From assembly GCF_963921235.1 (NCBI RefSeq), contig NC_086097.1, positions 44,456,001 through 44,520,000 of the forward strand: a stretch of DNA of 64,000 nucleotides, written 5' to 3'. Of the stretch, positions 39,242 to 54,200 are shown one piece after another; position 1 is the first letter of the stretch, and each line of letters starts with the position of its first letter. The notes beneath the pieces are model-generated. The model did not search any database, had not been told where the DNA came from, and saw only the letters and a list, made by a program, of their open reading frames with translations. This DNA comes from Mobula hypostoma (Eukaryota). The position numbers were made by a program, and so were the translations under genes.

Positions 39242-42200
39242 TTCTGCTGCTGTAGCCCATCCACTTCAAGGCACGCTATGTTGTGCAATTAGAGATGCTC
39301 TTCTGCTCACCGCTGTTGTAATGCGTAGTTATTTGAGTTACCGCCACCTACCAGTTAGCTTGAACCAGACTGACCATTCTCCACTGAACTCTCTCATTAA
39401 CAGGTTATTTTCGCCCACAGAACTGCAACTCACTGGATGTTTTTTTGTTGCTCGCACCATTCTCTGCAAACCCTAGAGAATGTTGTGTGTGAAAATTGCA
39501 GGAGATCAGCAGTTTCTGAGATACTCAAACCACCCTGTCTGGCACCAACAACCATTCCACGGTCAGTCACTTAGATCACACTTCTTCCCCATTCTGATGC
39601 TTGGTCTGAACAAACAACTGAACCTCTTGACCATGTCTGCATGTTTTTATGCATTGAGTTACTGTCACATGATTTGCTGATTAGATATTTGCATTAATGA
39701 GATGTGCTGGTGTACCTAATAAAGTGGCCACTGAGTGTACAGTATATTTTTGCTGCAACTACTTTGGATGCTTCATTTTTCTCTTACATTTAATAGCTGT
39801 CTGGTGTAGTAGATTAATTAGCTTCTATAAATTGTCCCTTTGCATATAAGGAGATGAGGATATGGCTCAACCTTCCACTATGGATCAAGCTTATTTACAT
39901 TGGAAAATCAAAGGTACAGTACGATTTTGTGATTTACTTTTGATAATTGTTTTATGTCCTTTGACCAACAATCTAATAAATATAAATTACCTAGATCTCA
40001 CTTTTTTAGATATCTACAGGTTAGAAACTTTTTAATTACTGTTTCTCCTAATTTTCCACACTTATATCCAATGGATATTTTGGAAAAAATTTTAGATTTA
40101 AATCTTTCTCAGAAAGGTGTTGTAGCAATTATTTATAATATAATTATGAATTTATGTCCTGATGTATCTAATAAAATTAAAACTGATTGGGAAAGAGAAT
40201 TTTAGATTACTGTACCGATTAAAAAATGGGGAAAAAAATTCTTCAATTAGTTAGTTCATCCTCTATATGTGCTAAACATGTGTTGATACAGTTTAAAGTA
40301 GTGCACAGGACTCAGATGTCCAAAGATAAATTATCCCGTTATTACTCTTATATAAATCCTACATGTGATAGATGTCACTCCGAGATAGCTTCTTTAACTC
40401 ACATGTCTTGGTCATGTCCTTTGTTGAAAAAATATTGGAAAGATATTTTTGATATTATTTCAACGGTTTTGAATATAGACTTACAACCTCACCCAATTAC
40501 TGCTATTTTTGGGTTACCAATGATAGAATCAAATCATTTAACCTCTTCAGCTCGTCGGATGATTGCATTTCTTACTTTAATGGCTAGAAGATCCATTTTG
40601 CTGAATTGGAAAGAGATTAACCCTCCTACCATATTTCATTGGTTTTCACAAACTATGTTGTGTTTAAATTTGGAAAAAATTAGAAGTGTGATTTATGACC
40701 CTTCCATTAAATTTGAAAAGACTTGGAGGCCATTCATTCAGCATTTTCATATGATGTAATTTGACCATTTCCAAACTTATTTTACTTTTCTGTAATGTTG
40801 GTTGAGAGGAACGGAGTTGTCGACACTAAGGTTTTCATTTCTCCCATTTTTTATGATGTTAAAACAGCCGAAGTCTTTTTTTTTTAGTTTAGTTGATTAA
40901 TTCTGTTTAGATTAGTGTTTTTTGTGGGGGGGGGGTTATTTTTTTTTTCCTTTTTCATGATTTTTGTTTAGATATTTTTCTTTGTTTTATATTATTCATT
41001 GCTATCCTATACGATTGGGAGTTTTATCATTTAAGTGTTATTTGGCTTTATAATCACTCATGTTAATTATAACAACGTATTCCCAATAACTTTGTACTAC
41101 TACCATGTCATGTTTATATCTTTATTTAACTAATAAAAAGATTGGAAAAGAAAGGGAAAAAAAGGATACGGGGAGAATACATTAGGATTAGTGTAAGTGA
41201 TGGCAGATGCAGGTTCGGTGGTCAAAGAATAGGTTTAATGCTATCTGACTATGCATCATGGTTGGTGTGATATATGCAAATTTAAATACATAGTTGTATA
41301 AGTGATTTAATACAAAACGTCTTTTGCTTATTGCACTTTGTGTGGTGCAACATACCATTTGTTTTTAAAAGAGTGGTAAAGGTTTAAACTCTCCCAATAA
41401 ATCATAACGACTCAGCTCACTGTCAAATCTAGCTGTTAGCTGGAACATTGCCATTTTTCATCAACCAGAAAGAAATGCTAAGTAGAGGTATCGCCCAGAT
41501 CTAATATATTTGCAATGTAATTTGGAACGCTGTCCTCTGATTTTCCTACCACCCACCTGGACTAGAGATCATTCAGACCACAGGCATGCATTTGCAATAG
41601 AGCATCCGAAAGCCAGCAACCAGTAAATCTGTGCAGTTTGGGAGCGTAACAGAGCACCAAGGGAAACACAAATGGGCAGGGCAAGTATGAGCAAATTCCA
41701 CGTAGACAGCACACAAGGCGAGCATTGAACTGAATTTGGGTTGCTGCAGCTATATCACCTGCTGCATCGCTGTGCTGCACTCGGTGTTTCAATGGCCAGA
41801 ACTAGACACCGCATTCAAGCTGTAGCAATGAATGACCAAAAGTATGAACGATAGATCAGTAGGCTACATTTGATCCCTTTAAATTTATGTTCAACTTTCG
41901 AAGCGCAATATTTCAAGTTCAAACTAAATTTATTATCAAAGTATATATAAACGTTTTCAAGAGATATTGAGGCCCTGGTTAAGAAAAAAAAAGGAGGAGC
42001 ACAGCAGGTCTAGGCAGGTAGGAACAAATGAGGTGTTTATGGAGTATAAGAAATGCAAGAGTACGCTTAGGAAAGAAATCAGGAGGGCTAAAAGAAGGCA
42101 TGAAGTTGCCCTAGCAGACAAGGTGAAGGAGGGATTCTACAGATATTTTAAGAGCAAAAGGATTACAAAAGGCAAAATTGGTCCTCTGGAAGATCAGAGT

Positions 42201-45200
42201 GCGAATCCATGTGTGGAGTCAAAAGAGATGGGGGATATCTGAAATATTTTTCTGTATTTACTCAGGAGATGGACACAGGGTACTATAGAAGTGAGGCATA
42301 ATGAAATCAACTTCATGGACCCTGTACAGATCACAGAGGAGGAGCTGGTTGCTGCCTTGAAGCAAATCTGGTGGATAAATTCCCAGGGACTGACTGGTGT
42401 TCCCTTGGAACCTACAGGAGGCAAGTGCAGAAATTGCTGGGGCCCTAGCAGAGATATTTAAATCATCCTTAGCAATAGGAGAAGTACCAGAGGATTGGAG
42501 GATAGACAATGTTGTTCCGCTGTTTAAGAAAGGATCTAAAAGTAAACCAGGAAATTATAGGCCGGTGAGTCTGACATCCATTGTGGGAAAGTTATTGGAA
42601 GGTATTCTAAGAACTAGATATACAAGTATTTGGATAGGCGTGGACTGATTAAGCATAGTCTGCATGGCAAGTCATGTCTAACTAATCTTATAGTGTTTTT
42701 CAAGGAAATTACCAGGAAAGTAGATGAGGGCAGGCAGTGGATGTTGCCTACATGGACTTTAGCAAGGCATTTGACATTCTGCTGCTGTAGCCCATCCACT
42801 TCAAGGCACGCTATGTTGTGCAATTAGAGATGCTCTTCTGCTCACCGCTGTTGTAATGCGTAGTTATTTGAGTTACCGCCACCTACCAGTTAGCTTGAAC
42901 CAGACTGACCATTCTCCACTGAACTCTCTCATTAACAGGTTATTTTCGCCCACAGAACTGCAACTCACTGGATGTTTTTTTGTTTCTCGCACCATTCTCT
43001 GCAAACCCTAGAGAATGTTGTGTGTGAAAATTGCAGGAGATCAGCAGTTTCTGAGATACTCAAACCACCCTGTCTGGCACCAACAACCATTCCACGGTCA
43101 GTCACTTAGATCACACTTCTTCCCCATTCTGATGCTTGGTCTGAACAAACAACTGAACCTCTTGACCATGTCTGCATGTTTTTATGCATTGAGTTACTGT
43201 CACATGATTTGCTGATTAGATATTTGCATTAATGAGATGTGCTGGTGTACCTAATAAAGTGGCCACTGAGTGTACAGTATATTTTTGCTGCAGCTACTTT
43301 GGATGCTTCATTTTTCTCTTACATTTAATAGCTGTCTGGTGTAGTAGATTAATTAGCTTCTATAAATTGTCCCTTTGCATATAAGGAGATGAGGATATGG
43401 CTCAACCTTCCACTATGGATCAAGCTTATTTACATTGGAAAATCAAAGGTACAGTACGATTTTGTGATTTACTTTTGATAATTGTTTTATGTCCTTTGAC
43501 CAACAATCTAATAAATATAAATTACCTAGATCTCACTTTTTTAGATATCTACAGGTTAGAAACTTTTTAATTACTGTTTCTCCTAATTTTCCACACTTAT
43601 ATCCAATGGATATTTTGGAAAAAATTTTAGATTTAAATCTTTCTCAGAAAGGTGTTGTAGCAATTATTTATAATATAATTATGAATTTATGTCCTGATGT
43701 ATCTAATAAAATTAAAACTGATTGGGAAAGAGAATTTTAGATTACTGTACCGATTAAAAAATGGGGAAAAAAATTCTTCAATTAGTTAGTTCATCCTCTA
43801 TATGTGCTAAACATGTGTTGATACAGTTTAAAGTAGTGCACAGGACTCAGATGTCCAAAGATAAATTATCCCGTTATTACTCTTATATAAATCCTACATG
43901 TGATAGATGTCACTCCGAGATAGCTTCTTTAACTCACATGTCTTGGTCATGTCCTTTGTTGAAAAAATATTGGAAAGATATTTTTGATATTATTTCAACG
44001 GTTTTGAATATAGACTTACAACCTCACCCAATTACTGCTATTTTTGGGTTACCAATGATAGAATCAAATCATTTAACCTCTTCAGCTCGTCGGATGATTG
44101 CATTTCTTACTTTAATGGCTAGAAGATCCATTTTGCTGAATTGGAAAGAGATTAACCCTCCTACCATATTTCATTGGTTTTCACAAACTATGTTGTGTTT
44201 AAATTTGGAAAAAATTAGAAGTGTGATTTATGACCCTTCCATTAAATTTGAAAAGACTTGGAGGCCATTCATTCAGCATTTTCATATGATGTAATTTGAC
44301 CATTTCCAAACTTATTTTACTTTTCTGTAATGTTGGTTGAGAGGAACGGAGTTGTCGACACTAAGGTTTTCATTTCTCCCATTTTTTATGATGTTAAAAC
44401 AGCCGAAGTCTTTTTTTTTTAGTTTAGTTGATTAATTCTGTTTAGATTAGTGTTTTTTGTGGGGGGGGGGGGGGTTATTTTTTTTTTCCTTTTTCATGAT
44501 TTTTGTTTAGATATTTTTCTTTGTTTTATATTATTCATTGCTATCCTATACGATTGGGAGTTTTATCATTTAAGTGTTATTTGGCTTTATAATCACTCAT
44601 GTTAATTATAACAACGTATTCCCAATAACTTTGTACTACTACCATGTCATGTTTATATCTTTATTTAACTAATAAAAAGATTGGAAAAGAAAGGGAAAAA
44701 AAGGATACGGGGAGAATACATTAGGATTAGTGTAAGTGATGGCAGATGCAGGTTCGGTGGTCAAAGAATAGGTTTAATGCTATCTGACTATGCATCATGG
44801 TTGGTGTGATATATGCAAATTTAAATACATAGTTGTATAAGTGATTTAATACAAAACGTCTTTTGCTTATTGCACTTTGTGTGGTGCAACATACCATTTG
44901 TTTTTAAAAGAGTGGTAAAGGTTTAAACTCTCCCAATAAATCATAACGACTCAGCTCACTGTCAAATCTAGCTGTTAGCTGGAACATTGCCATTTTTCAT
45001 CAACCAGAAAGAAATGCTAAGTAGAGGTATCGCCCAGATCTAATATATTTGCAATGTAATTTGGAACGCTGTCCTCTGATTTTCCTACCACCCACCTGGA
45101 CTAGAGATCATTCAGACCACAGGCATGCATTTGCAATAGAGCATCCGAAAGCCAGCAACCAGTAAATCTGTGCAGTTTGGGAGCGTAACAGAGCACCAAG

Positions 45201-48200
45201 GGAAACACAAATGGGCAGGGCAAGTATGAGCAAATTCCACGTAGACAGCACACAAGGCGAGCATTGAACTGAATTTGGGTTGCTGCAGCTATATCACCTG
45301 CTGCATCGCTGTGCTGCACTCGGTGTTTCAATGGCCAGAACTAGACACAGCATTCAAGCTGTAGCAATGAATGACCAAAAGTATGAACGATAGATCAGTA
45401 GGCTACATTTGATCCCTTTAAATTTATGTTCAACTTTCGAAGCGCAATATTTCAAGTTCAAACTAAATTTATTATCAAAGTATATATAAACGTTTTCAAG
45501 AGATATTGAGGCCCTGGTTAAGAAAAAAAAAGGAGGAGCACAGCAGGTCTAGGCAGGTAGGAACAAATGAGGTGTTTATGGAGTATAAGAAATGCAAGAG
45601 TACGCTTAGGAAAGAAATCAGGAGGGCTAAAAGAAGGCATGAAGTTGCCCTAGCAGACAAGGTGAAGGAGGGATTCTACAGATATTTTAAGAGCAAAAGG
45701 ATTACAAAAGGCAAAATTGGTCCTCTGGAAGATCAGAGTGCGAATCCATGTGTGGAGTCAAAAGAGATGGGGGATATCTGAAATATTTTTCTGTATTTAC
45801 TCAGGAGATGGACACAGGGTACTATAGAAGTGAGGCATAATGAAATCAACTTCATGGACCCTGTACAGATCACAGAGGAGGAGCTGGTTGCTGCCTTGAA
45901 GCAAATCTGGTGGATAAATTCCCAGGGACTGACTGGTGTTCCCTTGGAACCTACAGGAGGCAAGTGCAGAAATTGCTGGGGCCCTAGCAGAGATATTTAA
46001 ATCATCCTTAGCAATAGGAGAAGTACCAGAGGATTGGAGGATAGACAATGTTGTTCCGCTGTTTAAGAAAGGATCTAAAAGTAAACCAGGAAATTATAGG
46101 CCGGTGAGTCTGACATCCATTGTGGGAAAGTTATTGGAAGGTATTCTAAGAACTAGATATACAAGTATTTGGATAGGCGTGGACTGATTAAGCATAGTCT
46201 GCATGGCAAGTCATGTCTAACTAATCTTATAGTGTTTTTCAAGGAAATTACCAGGAAAGTAGATGAGGGCAGGCAGTGGATGTTGCCTACATGGACTTTA
46301 GCAAGGCATTTGACATTCTGCTGCTGTAGCCCATCCACTTCAAGGCACGCTATGTTGTGCAATTAGAGATGCTCTTCTGCTCACCGCTGTTGTAATGCGT
46401 AGTTATTTGAGTTACCGCCACCTACCAGTTAGCTTGAACCAGACTGACCATTCTCCACTGAACTCTCTCATTAACAGGTTATTTTCGCCCACAGAACTGC
46501 AACTCACTGGATGTTTTTTTGTTGCTCGCACCATTCTCTGCAAACCCTAGAGAATGTTGTGTGTGAAAATTGCAGGAGATCAGCAGTTTCTGAGATACTC
46601 AAACCACCCTGTCTGGCACCAACAACCATTCCACGGTCAGTCACTTAGATCACACTTCTTCCCCATTCTGATGCTTGGTCTGAACAAACAACTGAACCTC
46701 TTGACCATGTCTGCATGTTTTTATGCATTGAGTTACTGTCACATGATTTGCTGATTAGATATTTGCATTAATGAGATGTGCTGGTGTACCTAATAAAGTG
46801 GCCACTGAGTGTACAGTATATTTTTGCTGCAACTACTTTGGATGCTTCATTTTTCTCTTACATTTAATAGCTGTCTGGTGTAGTAGATTAATTAGCTTCT
46901 ATAAATTGTCCCTTTGCATATAAGGAGATGAGGATATGGCTCAACCTTCCACTATGGATCAAGCTTATTTACATTGGAAAATCAAAGGTACAGTACGATT
47001 TTGTGATTTACTTTTGATAATTGTTTTATGTCCTTTGACCAACAATCTAATAAATATAAATTACCTAGATCTCACTTTTTTAGATATCTACAGGTTAGAA
47101 ACTTTTTAATTACTGTTTCTCCTAATTTTCCACACTTATATCCAATGGATATTTTGGAAAAAATTTTAGATTTAAATCTTTCTCAGAAAGGTGTTGTAGC
47201 AATTATTTATAATATAATTATGAATTTATGTCCTGATGTATCTAATAAAATTAAAACTGATTGGGAAAGAGAATTTTAGATTACTGTACCGATTAAAAAA
47301 TGGGGAAAAAAATTCTTCAATTAGTTAGTTCATCCTCTATATGTGCTAAACATGTGTTGATACAGTTTAAAGTAGTGCACAGGACTCAGATGTCCAAAGA
47401 TAAATTATCCCGTTATTACTCTTATATAAATCCTACATGTGATAGATGTCACTCCGAGATAGCTTCTTTAACTCACATGTCTTGGTCATGTCCTTTGTTG
47501 AAAAAATATTGGAAAGATATTTTTGATATTATTTCAACGGTTTTGAATATAGACTTACAACCTCACCCAATTACTGCTATTTTTGGGTTACCAATGATAG
47601 AATCAAATCATTTAACCTCTTCAGCTCGTCGGATGATTGCATTTCTTACTTTAATGGCTAGAAGATCCATTTTGCTGAATTGGAAAGAGATTAACCCTCC
47701 TACCATATTTCATTGGTTTTCACAAACTATGTTGTGTTTAAATTTGGAAAAAATTAGAAGTGTGATTTATGACCCTTCCATTAAATTTGAAAAGACTTGG
47801 AGGCCATTCATTCAGCATTTTCATATGATGTAATTTGACCATTTCCAAACTTATTTTACTTTTCTGTAATGTTGGTTGAGAGGAACGGAGTTGTCGACAC
47901 TAAGGTTTTCATTTCTCCCATTTTTTATGATGTTAAAACAGCCGAAGTCTTTTTTTTTTAGTTTAGTTGATTAATTCTGTTTAGATTAGTGTTTTTTGTG
48001 GGGGGGGGGGGTTATTTTTTTTTTCCTTTTTCATGATTTTTGTTTAGATATTTTTCTTTGTTTTATATTATTCATTGCTATCCTATACGATTGGGAGTTT
48101 TATCATTTAAGTGTTATTTGGCTTTATAATCACTCATGTTAATTATAACAACGTATTCCCAATAACTTTGTACTACTACCATGTCATGTTTATATCTTTA

Positions 48201-51200
48201 TTTAACTAATAAAAAGATTGGAAAAGAAAGGGAAAAAAAGGATACGGGGAGAATACATTAGGATTAGTGTAAGTGATGGCAGATGCAGGTTCGGTGGTCA
48301 AAGAATAGGTTTAATGCTATCTGACTATGCATCATGGTTGGTGTGATATATGCAAATTTAAATACATAGTTGTATAAGTGATTTAATACAAAACGTCTTT
48401 TGCTTATTGCACTTTGTGTGGTGCAACATACCATTTGTTTTTAAAAGAGTGGTAAAGGTTTAAACTCTCCCAATAAATCATAACGACTCAGCTCACTGTC
48501 AAATCTAGCTGTTAGCTGGAACATTGCCATTTTTCATCAACCAGAAAGAAATGCTAAGTAGAGGTATCGCCCAGATCTAATATATTTGCAATGTAATTTG
48601 GAACGCTGTCCTCTGATTTTCCTACCACCCACCTGGACTAGAGATCATTCAGACCACAGGCATGCATTTGCAATAGAGCATCCGAAAGCCAGCAACCAGT
48701 AAATCTGTGCAGTTTGGGAGCGTAACAGAGCACCAAGGGAAACACAAATGGGCAGGGCAAGTATGAGCAAATTCCACGTAGACAGCACACAAGGCGAGCA
48801 TTGAACTGAATTTGGGTTGCTGCAGCTATATCACCTGCTGCATCGCTGTGCTGCACTCGGTGTTTCAATGGCCAGAACTAGACACCGCATTCAAGCTGTA
48901 GCAATGAATGACCAAAAGTATGAACGATAGATCAGTAGGCTACATTTGATCCCTTTAAATTTATGTTCAACTTTCGAAGCGCAATATTTCAAGTTCAAAC
49001 TAAATTTATTATCAAAGTATATATAAACGTTTTCAAGAGATATTGAGGCCCTGGTTAAGAAAAAAAAAGGAGGAGCACAGCAGGTCTAGGCAGGTAGGAA
49101 CAAATGAGGTGTTTATGGAGTATAAGAAATGCAAGAGTACGCTTAGGAAAGAAATCAGGAGGGCTAAAAGAAGGCATGAAGTTGCCCTAGCAGACAAGGT
49201 GAAGGAGGGATTCTACAGATATTTTAAGAGCAAAAGGATTACAAAAGGCAAAATTGGTCCTCTGGAAGATCAGAGTGCGAATCCATGTGTGGAGTCAAAA
49301 GAGATGGGGGATATCTGAAATATTTTTCTGTATTTACTCAGGAGATGGACACAGGGTACTATAGAAGTGAGGCATAATGAAATCAACTTCATGGACCCTG
49401 TACAGATCACAGAGGAGGAGCTGGTTGCTGCCTTGAAGCAAATCTGGTGGATAAATTCCCAGGGACTGACTGGTGTTCCCTTGGAACCTACAGGAGGCAA
49501 GTGCAGAAATTGCTGGGGCCCTAGCAGAGATATTTAAATCATCCTTAGCAATAGGAGAAGTACCAGAGGATTGGAGGATAGACAATGTTGTTCCGCTGTT
49601 TAAGAAAGGATCTAAAAGTAAACCAGGAAATTATAGGCCGGTGAGTCTGACATCCATTGTGGGAAAGTTATTGGAAGGTATTCTAAGAACTAGATATACA
49701 AGTATTTGGATAGGCGTGGACTGATTAAGCATAGTCTGCATGGCAAGTCATGTCTAACTAATCTTATAGTGTTTTTCAAGGAAATTACCAGGAAAGTAGA
49801 TGAGGGCAGGCAGTGGATGTTGCCTACATGGACTTTAGCAAGGCATTTGACATTCTGCTGCTGTAGCCCATCCACTTCAAGGCACGCTATGTTGTGCAAT
49901 TAGAGATGCTCTTCTGCTCACCGCTGTTGTAATGCGTAGTTATTTGAGTTACCGCCACCTACCAGTTAGCTTGAACCAGACTGACCATTCTCCACTGAAC
50001 TCTCTCATTAACAGGTTATTTTCGCCCACAGAACTGCAACTCACTGGATGTTTTTTTGTTTCTCGCACCATTCTCTGCAAACCCTAGAGAATGTTGTGTG
50101 TGAAAATTGCAGGAGATCAGCAGTTTCTGAGATACTCAAACCACCCTGTCTGGCACCAACAACCATTCCACGGTCAGTCACTTAGATCACACTTCTTCCC
50201 CATTCTGATGCTTGGTCTGAACAAACAACTGAACCTCTTGACCATGTCTGCATGTTTTTATGCATTGAGTTACTGTCACATGATTTGCTGATTAGATATT
50301 TGCATTAATGAGATGTGCTGGTGTACCTAATAAAGTGGCCACTGAGTGTACAGTATATTTTTGCTGCAACTACTTTGGATGCTTCATTTTTCTCTTACAT
50401 TTAATAGCTGTCTGGTGTAGTAGATTAATTAGCTTCTATAAATTGTCCCTTTGCATATAAGGAGATGAGGATATGGCTCAACCTTCCACTATGGATCAAG
50501 CTTATTTACATTGGAAAATCAAAGGTACAGTACGATTTTGTGATTTACTTTTGATAATTGTTTTATGTCCTTTGACCAACAATCTAATAAATATAAATTA
50601 CCTAGATCTCACTTTTTTAGATATCTACAGGTTAGAAACTTTTTAATTACTGTTTCTCCTAATTTTCCACACTTATATCCAATGGATATTTTGGAAAAAA
50701 TTTTAGATTTAAATCTTTCTCAGAAAGGTGTTGTAGCAATTATTTATAATATAATTATGAATTTATGTCCTGATGTATCTAATAAAATTAAAACTGATTG
50801 GGAAAGAGAATTTTAGATTACTGTACCGATTAAAAAATGGGGAAAAAAATTCTTCAATTAGTTAGTTCATCCTCTATATGTGCTAAACATGTGTTGATAC
50901 AGTTTAAAGTAGTGCACAGGACTCAGATGTCCAAAGATAAATTATCCCGTTATTACTCTTATATAAATCCTACATGTGATAGATGTCACTCCGAGATAGC
51001 TTCTTTAACTCACATGTCTTGGTCATGTCCTTTGTTGAAAAAATATTGGAAAGATATTTTTGATATTATTTCAACGGTTTTGAATATAGACTTACAACCT
51101 CACCCAATTACTGCTATTTTTGGGTTACCAATGATAGAATCAAATCATTTAACCTCTTCAGCTCGTCGGATGATTGCATTTCTTACTTTAATGGCTAGAA

Positions 51201-54200
51201 GATCCATTTTGCTGAATTGGAAAGAGATTAACCCTCCTACCATATTTCATTGGTTTTCACAAACTATGTTGTGTTTAAATTTGGAAAAAATTAGAAGTGT
51301 GATTTATGACCCTTCCATTAAATTTGAAAAGACTTGGAGGCCATTCATTCAGCATTTTCATATGATGTAATTTGACCATTTCCAAACTTATTTTACTTTT
51401 CTGTAATGTTGGTTGAGAGGAACGGAGTTGTCGACACTAAGGTTTTCATTTCTCCCATTTTTTATGATGTTAAAACAGCCGAAGTCTTTTTTTTTTAGTT
51501 TAGTTGATTAATTCTGTTTAGATTAGTGTTTTTTGTGGGGGGGGGGGTTATTTTTTTTTTCCTTTTTCATGATTTTTGTTTAGATATTTTTCTTTGTTTT
51601 ATATTATTCATTGCTATCCTATACGATTGGGAGTTTTATCATTTAAGTGTTATTTGGCTTTATAATCACTCATGTTAATTATAACAACGTATTCCCAATA
51701 ACTTTGTACTACTACCATGTCATGTTTATATCTTTATTTAACTAATAAAAAGATTGGAAAAGAAAGGGAAAAAAAGGATACGGGGAGAATACATTAGGAT
51801 TAGTGTAAGTGATGGCAGATGCAGGTTCGGTGGTCAAAGAATAGGTTTAATGCTATCTGACTATGCATCATGGTTGGTGTGATATATGCAAATTTAAATA
51901 CATAGTTGTATAAGTGATTTAATACAAAACGTCTTTTGCTTATTGCACTTTGTGTGGTGCAACATACCATTTGTTTTTAAAAGAGTGGTAAAGGTTTAAA
52001 CTCTCCCAATAAATCATAACGACTCAGCTCACTGTCAAATCTAGCTGTTAGCTGGAACATTGCCATTTTTCATCAACCAGAAAGAAATGCTAAGTAGAGG
52101 TATCGCCCAGATCTAATATATTTGCAATGTAATTTGGAACGCTGTCCTCTGATTTTCCTACCACCCACCTGGACTAGAGATCATTCAGACCACAGGCATG
52201 CATTTGCAATAGAGCATCCGAAAGCCAGCAACCAGTAAATCTGTGCAGTTTGGGAGCGTAACAGAGCACCAAGGGAAACACAAATGGGCAGGGCAAGTAT
52301 GAGCAAATTCCACGTAGACAGCACACAAGGCGAGCATTGAACTGAATTTGGGTTGCTGCAGCTATATCACCTGCTGCATCGCTGTGCTGCACTCGGTGTT
52401 TCAATGGCCAGAACTAGACACCGCATTCAAGCTGTAGCAATGAATGACCAAAAGTATGAACGATAGATCAGTAGGCTACATTTGATCCCTTTAAATTTAT
52501 GTTCAACTTTCGAAGCGCAATATTTCAAGTTCAAACTAAATTTATTATCAAAGTATATATAAACGTTTTCAAGAGATATTGAGGCCCTGGTTAAGAAAAA
52601 AAAAGGAGGAGCACAGCAGGTCTAGGCAGGTAGGAACAAATGAGGTGTTTATGGAGTATAAGAAATGCAAGAGTACGCTTAGGAAAGAAATCAGGAGGGC
52701 TAAAAGAAGGCATGAAGTTGCCCTAGCAGACAAGGTGAAGGAGGGATTCTACAGATATTTTAAGAGCAAAAGGATTACAAAAGGCAAAATTGGTCCTCTG
52801 GAAGATCAGAGTGCGAATCCATGTGTGGAGTCAAAAGAGATGGGGGATATCTGAAATATTTTTCTGTATTTACTCAGGAGATGGACACAGGGTACTATAG
52901 AAGTGAGGCATAATGAAATCAACTTCATGGACCCTGTACAGATCACAGAGGAGGAGCTGGTTGCTGCCTTGAAGCAAATCTGGTGGATAAATTCCCAGGG
53001 ACTGACTGGTGTTCCCTTGGAACCTACAGGAGGCAAGTGCAGAAATTGCTGGGGCCCTAGCAGAGATATTTAAATCATCCTTAGCAATAGGAGAAGTACC
53101 AGAGGATTGGAGGATAGACAATGTTGTTCCGCTGTTTAAGAAAGGATCTAAAAGTAAACCAGGAAATTATAGGCCGGTGAGTCTGACATCCATTGTGGGA
53201 AAGTTATTGGAAGGTATTCTAAGAACTAGATATACAAGTATTTGGATAGGCATGGACTGATTAAGCATAGTCTGCATGGCAAGTCATGTCTAACTAATCT
53301 TATAGTGTTTTTCAAGGAAATTACCAGGAAAGTAGATGAGGGCAGGCAGTGGATGTTGCCTACATGGACTTTAGCAAGGCATTTGACATTCTGCTGCTGT
53401 AGCCCATCCACTTCAAGGCACGCTATGTTGTGCAATTAGAGATGCTCTTCTGCTCACCGCTGTTGTAATGCGTAGTTATTTGAGTTACCGCCACCTACCA
53501 GTTAGCTTGAACCAGACTGACCATTCTCCACTGAACTCTCTCATTAACAGGTTATTTTCGCCCACAGAACTGCAACTCACTGGATGTTTTTTTGTTTCTC
53601 GCACCATTCTCTGCAAACCCTAGAGAATGTTGTGTGTGAAAATTGCAGGAGATCAGCAGTTTCTGAGATACTCAAACCACCCTGTCTGGCACCAACAACC
53701 ATTCCACGGTCAGTCACTTAGATCACACTTCTTCCCCATTCTGATGCTTGGTCTGAACAAACAACTGAACCTCTTGACCATGTCTGCATGTTTTTATGCA
53801 TTGAGTTACTGTCACATGATTTGCTGATTAGATATTTGCATTAATGAGATGTGCTGGTGTACCTAATAAAGTGGCCACTGAGTGTACAGTATATTTTTGC
53901 TGCAACTACTTTGGATGCTTCATTTTTCTCTTACATTTAATAGCTGTCTGGTGTAGTAGATTAATTAGCTTCTATAAATTGTCCCTTTGCATATAAGGAG
54001 ATGAGGATATGGCTCAACCTTCCACTATGGATCAAGCTTATTTACATTGGAAAATCAAAGGTACAGTACGATTTTGTGATTTACTTTTGATAATTGTTTT
54101 ATGTCCTTTGACCAACAATCTAATAAATATAAATTACCTAGATCTCACTTTTTTAGATATCTACAGGTTAGAAACTTTTTAATTACTGTTTCTCCTAATT